Source: Mobula hypostoma
Lineage: Eukaryota
Assembly (NCBI RefSeq): GCF_963921235.1
Contig: NC_086126.1
Coordinates: 12,400,001 to 12,464,000, forward strand
Direction: 5' to 3'
Length of the DNA: 64,000 bases
The notes below the pieces were generated by a model. It made no database searches. It was given only the letters and a program-made list of their open reading frames with translations, and was not told where the DNA came from. A program made the position numbers and the translations under genes. The first letter of the stretch is position 1; every line of letters begins with the position of its first letter. Positions 62,225-64,000 of the stretch are shown here, piece after piece.

Positions 62225-62990
62225 CACCTCGCAGCTTCTTACTTCATCCATCCCCCCCACCTGCTCCACCTATCATCTGCCAGCTTCATCCATCCTCCCC
62301 AACCTGCTCCACCTATCATCTGCCAGCTTCCTCCATCCTCCCCAACAGCTCCACCTATCACCTGCCAGCTTCCTCCATCCCCAACCTGCTCCACCTCACA
62401 GCTTCTTACTTCATCCATCCCCCCCCACCTGTTCCACCTATCATCTGCCAGCTTCATCCATCCCCCCCAACCTGCTCCACCTATCATCTGCCAGCTTCCT
62501 CCATCCCCAACCTGCTCCACCTATCACCTGCCAGCTTCCTCCATCCCCCAACCTGCTCCACCTATCACCCTGCCAGCTTCCTCCATCCCCCACCTGCTCC
62601 GCCTATCATCTGCCAGCTTCATCCATCCCCCCCAACCTGCTCCACCTATCATCTGCCAGCTTCCTCCATCCCCAACCTGCTCCACCTATCACCTGCCAGC
62701 TTCCTCCATCCCCCAACCTGCTCCACCTATCACCCTGCCAGCTTCCTCCATCCCCCACCTGCTCCGCCTATCATCTGCCAGCTTCATCCATCCCCCCCAA
62801 CCTGCTCCACCTATCATCTGCCAGCTTCCTCCATCCCCAACCTGCTCCACCTATCACCTGCCAGCTTCCTCCATCCCCCAACCTGCTCCACCTATCACCC
62901 TGCCAGCTTCCTCCATCCCCCACCTGCTCCGCCTATCATCTGCCAGCTTCATCCATCCCCCCCACCTGCTCCACCTATCACCTGCCAGCT
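62225..62990. repeat. C-rich tandem repeat expanded from a Penelope pLTR segment
   Basis: Repeated acctgctccacctatca(t/c)ctgccagcttc units inside a PLE tail (61860-63160) that ends in a degenerate hammerhead at about 63029-63066. Confidence 0.85.
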
Positions 62991-63629
62991 TGTACTCCTC
63001 CCCTCCTGGCTTCCATCCCCTTCCTTTCCAGTCCTGCTGAAGGCTCTTGGCCTGAAACGTTGACAGGCCTACTCCTCTCCACAGACACTGCCTGACCTGC
63101 TGAGTTCCTCCGGCATTTTGTGCGTGTGTTGCTCCGGATTTCCGGCATCTGCAGGTTCTCTTATGATTACAGGCCCCACCACTTTCAATAGCTGGCAATA
63201 GTTTGTTGCTGGGATTCCCTTTGCCCCCTCTTGGAGCCAGTGACATACACTTGCAAGGAAAAGCTCGTGAACCCTTTGCAATTGCCTGGTTTGCTGCATT
63301 AATTACTCGTAAAATGTGGTCTGATCTTCATCTAACTCATAATAACACAATCTGCCTAAACTAATAACACACAAACAATTGCACTTCGTCTCATCAATAC
63401 TGAGTACAACATTTAAACAATCACAGTCTAGGTTCAAAAAGTACGTGAACCTCTGCAGTAATAGATAGACAGATTCCATTTTTCTTTCATCCCTGTGCCC
63501 GTCTAAGAGTTCCTTACATGACTCTACCACCAACCCTGGCATGTGTTTAAAAAATAACTACCTCCGCCATTCTCCTATATTTACCCCCAGACACCTTAAA
63601 AGCCCCTCGTATTAGCCATTTTGTGCCCC

Positions 63630-64000
63630 ATGCCTCGATCTAAACAATTTTCAGAGGACCTTAGAAGAATTGCAGAGATATATGAAGCTGGAAAAGGCTA
63701 GAAAAGCATTTCTAAAGACCAGAGTGTTCATCAGTCCGCAGTAGGAGAAATTACCTACAAATGGAGGAAACTCAGTACTGTTGCTACTCTCCCTAGGAGT
63801 GGGAATCCTGCAAAGGTCACACCAAGAGCACAATGTGCAGTGCTGAGGGAGGTGAAAGAGAACCCAAAGGTAACAGTAAAGGACCTGCAGAAATCTCTAC
63901 AGCTTGCTAAAGTCTGTTCAATGTGTTCATTATAAGAAAAACACTGAACAAGAATGGAAGGACACCACGGAGGAAACCACTGCTCTCTGTAAAAAAAAAG
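63630..64000 (+). mobile_element. Tc1-family transposase pseudogene, N-terminal part
   Basis: MPRSKQFSEDLRRI...EAGKG*KSISK, NPKVTVKDLQ and GRTPRRKPLL, with stops and frameshifts. Confidence 0.8.

Noticed and set aside
62049-63095. 348-aa repetitive ORF
   Set aside because: It comes from a tandemly expanded non-coding Penelope pLTR segment.
59200-64000. Further upstream SART1 exons
   Set aside because: I found no recognisable SART1 peptide with splice sites here; the exons probably lie beyond the window.

Overview
Repeat-rich vertebrate DNA, most likely a cartilaginous fish (ray or shark; inferred from the CR1, Penelope and V-SINE repeat content). It is not prokaryotic. Six spliced genes were rebuilt by hand from splice sites: two tandem type-2 cystatins (+), a divergent BAF paralog with an N-terminal extension (-), canonical BANF1 (-), EIF1AD (+, head-to-head with BANF1) and the last four coding exons of SART1 (-). 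This order matches the human 11q13.1 SART1-EIF1AD-BANF1-CST6 block. The main findings are: (1) an intact 112-aa BAF paralog with an extra coding exon, reversed net charge and changes at known BAF interface and disease positions; (2) a cystatin duplicate pair whose last exon differs only by amino-acid-changing codons, with copy 1 also lacking its ATG and canonical inhibitory motifs; (3) Penelope-borne minimal hammerhead ribozyme motifs and fold-back elements; (4) CTCF-like motifs around the BAF paralog promoter. The remainder is mostly CR1, Rex1-like, Penelope, Tc1/Tigger and SINE relics plus G-rich and 52-bp tandem repeats. Gene coordinates were counted directly; repeat boundaries are approximate.
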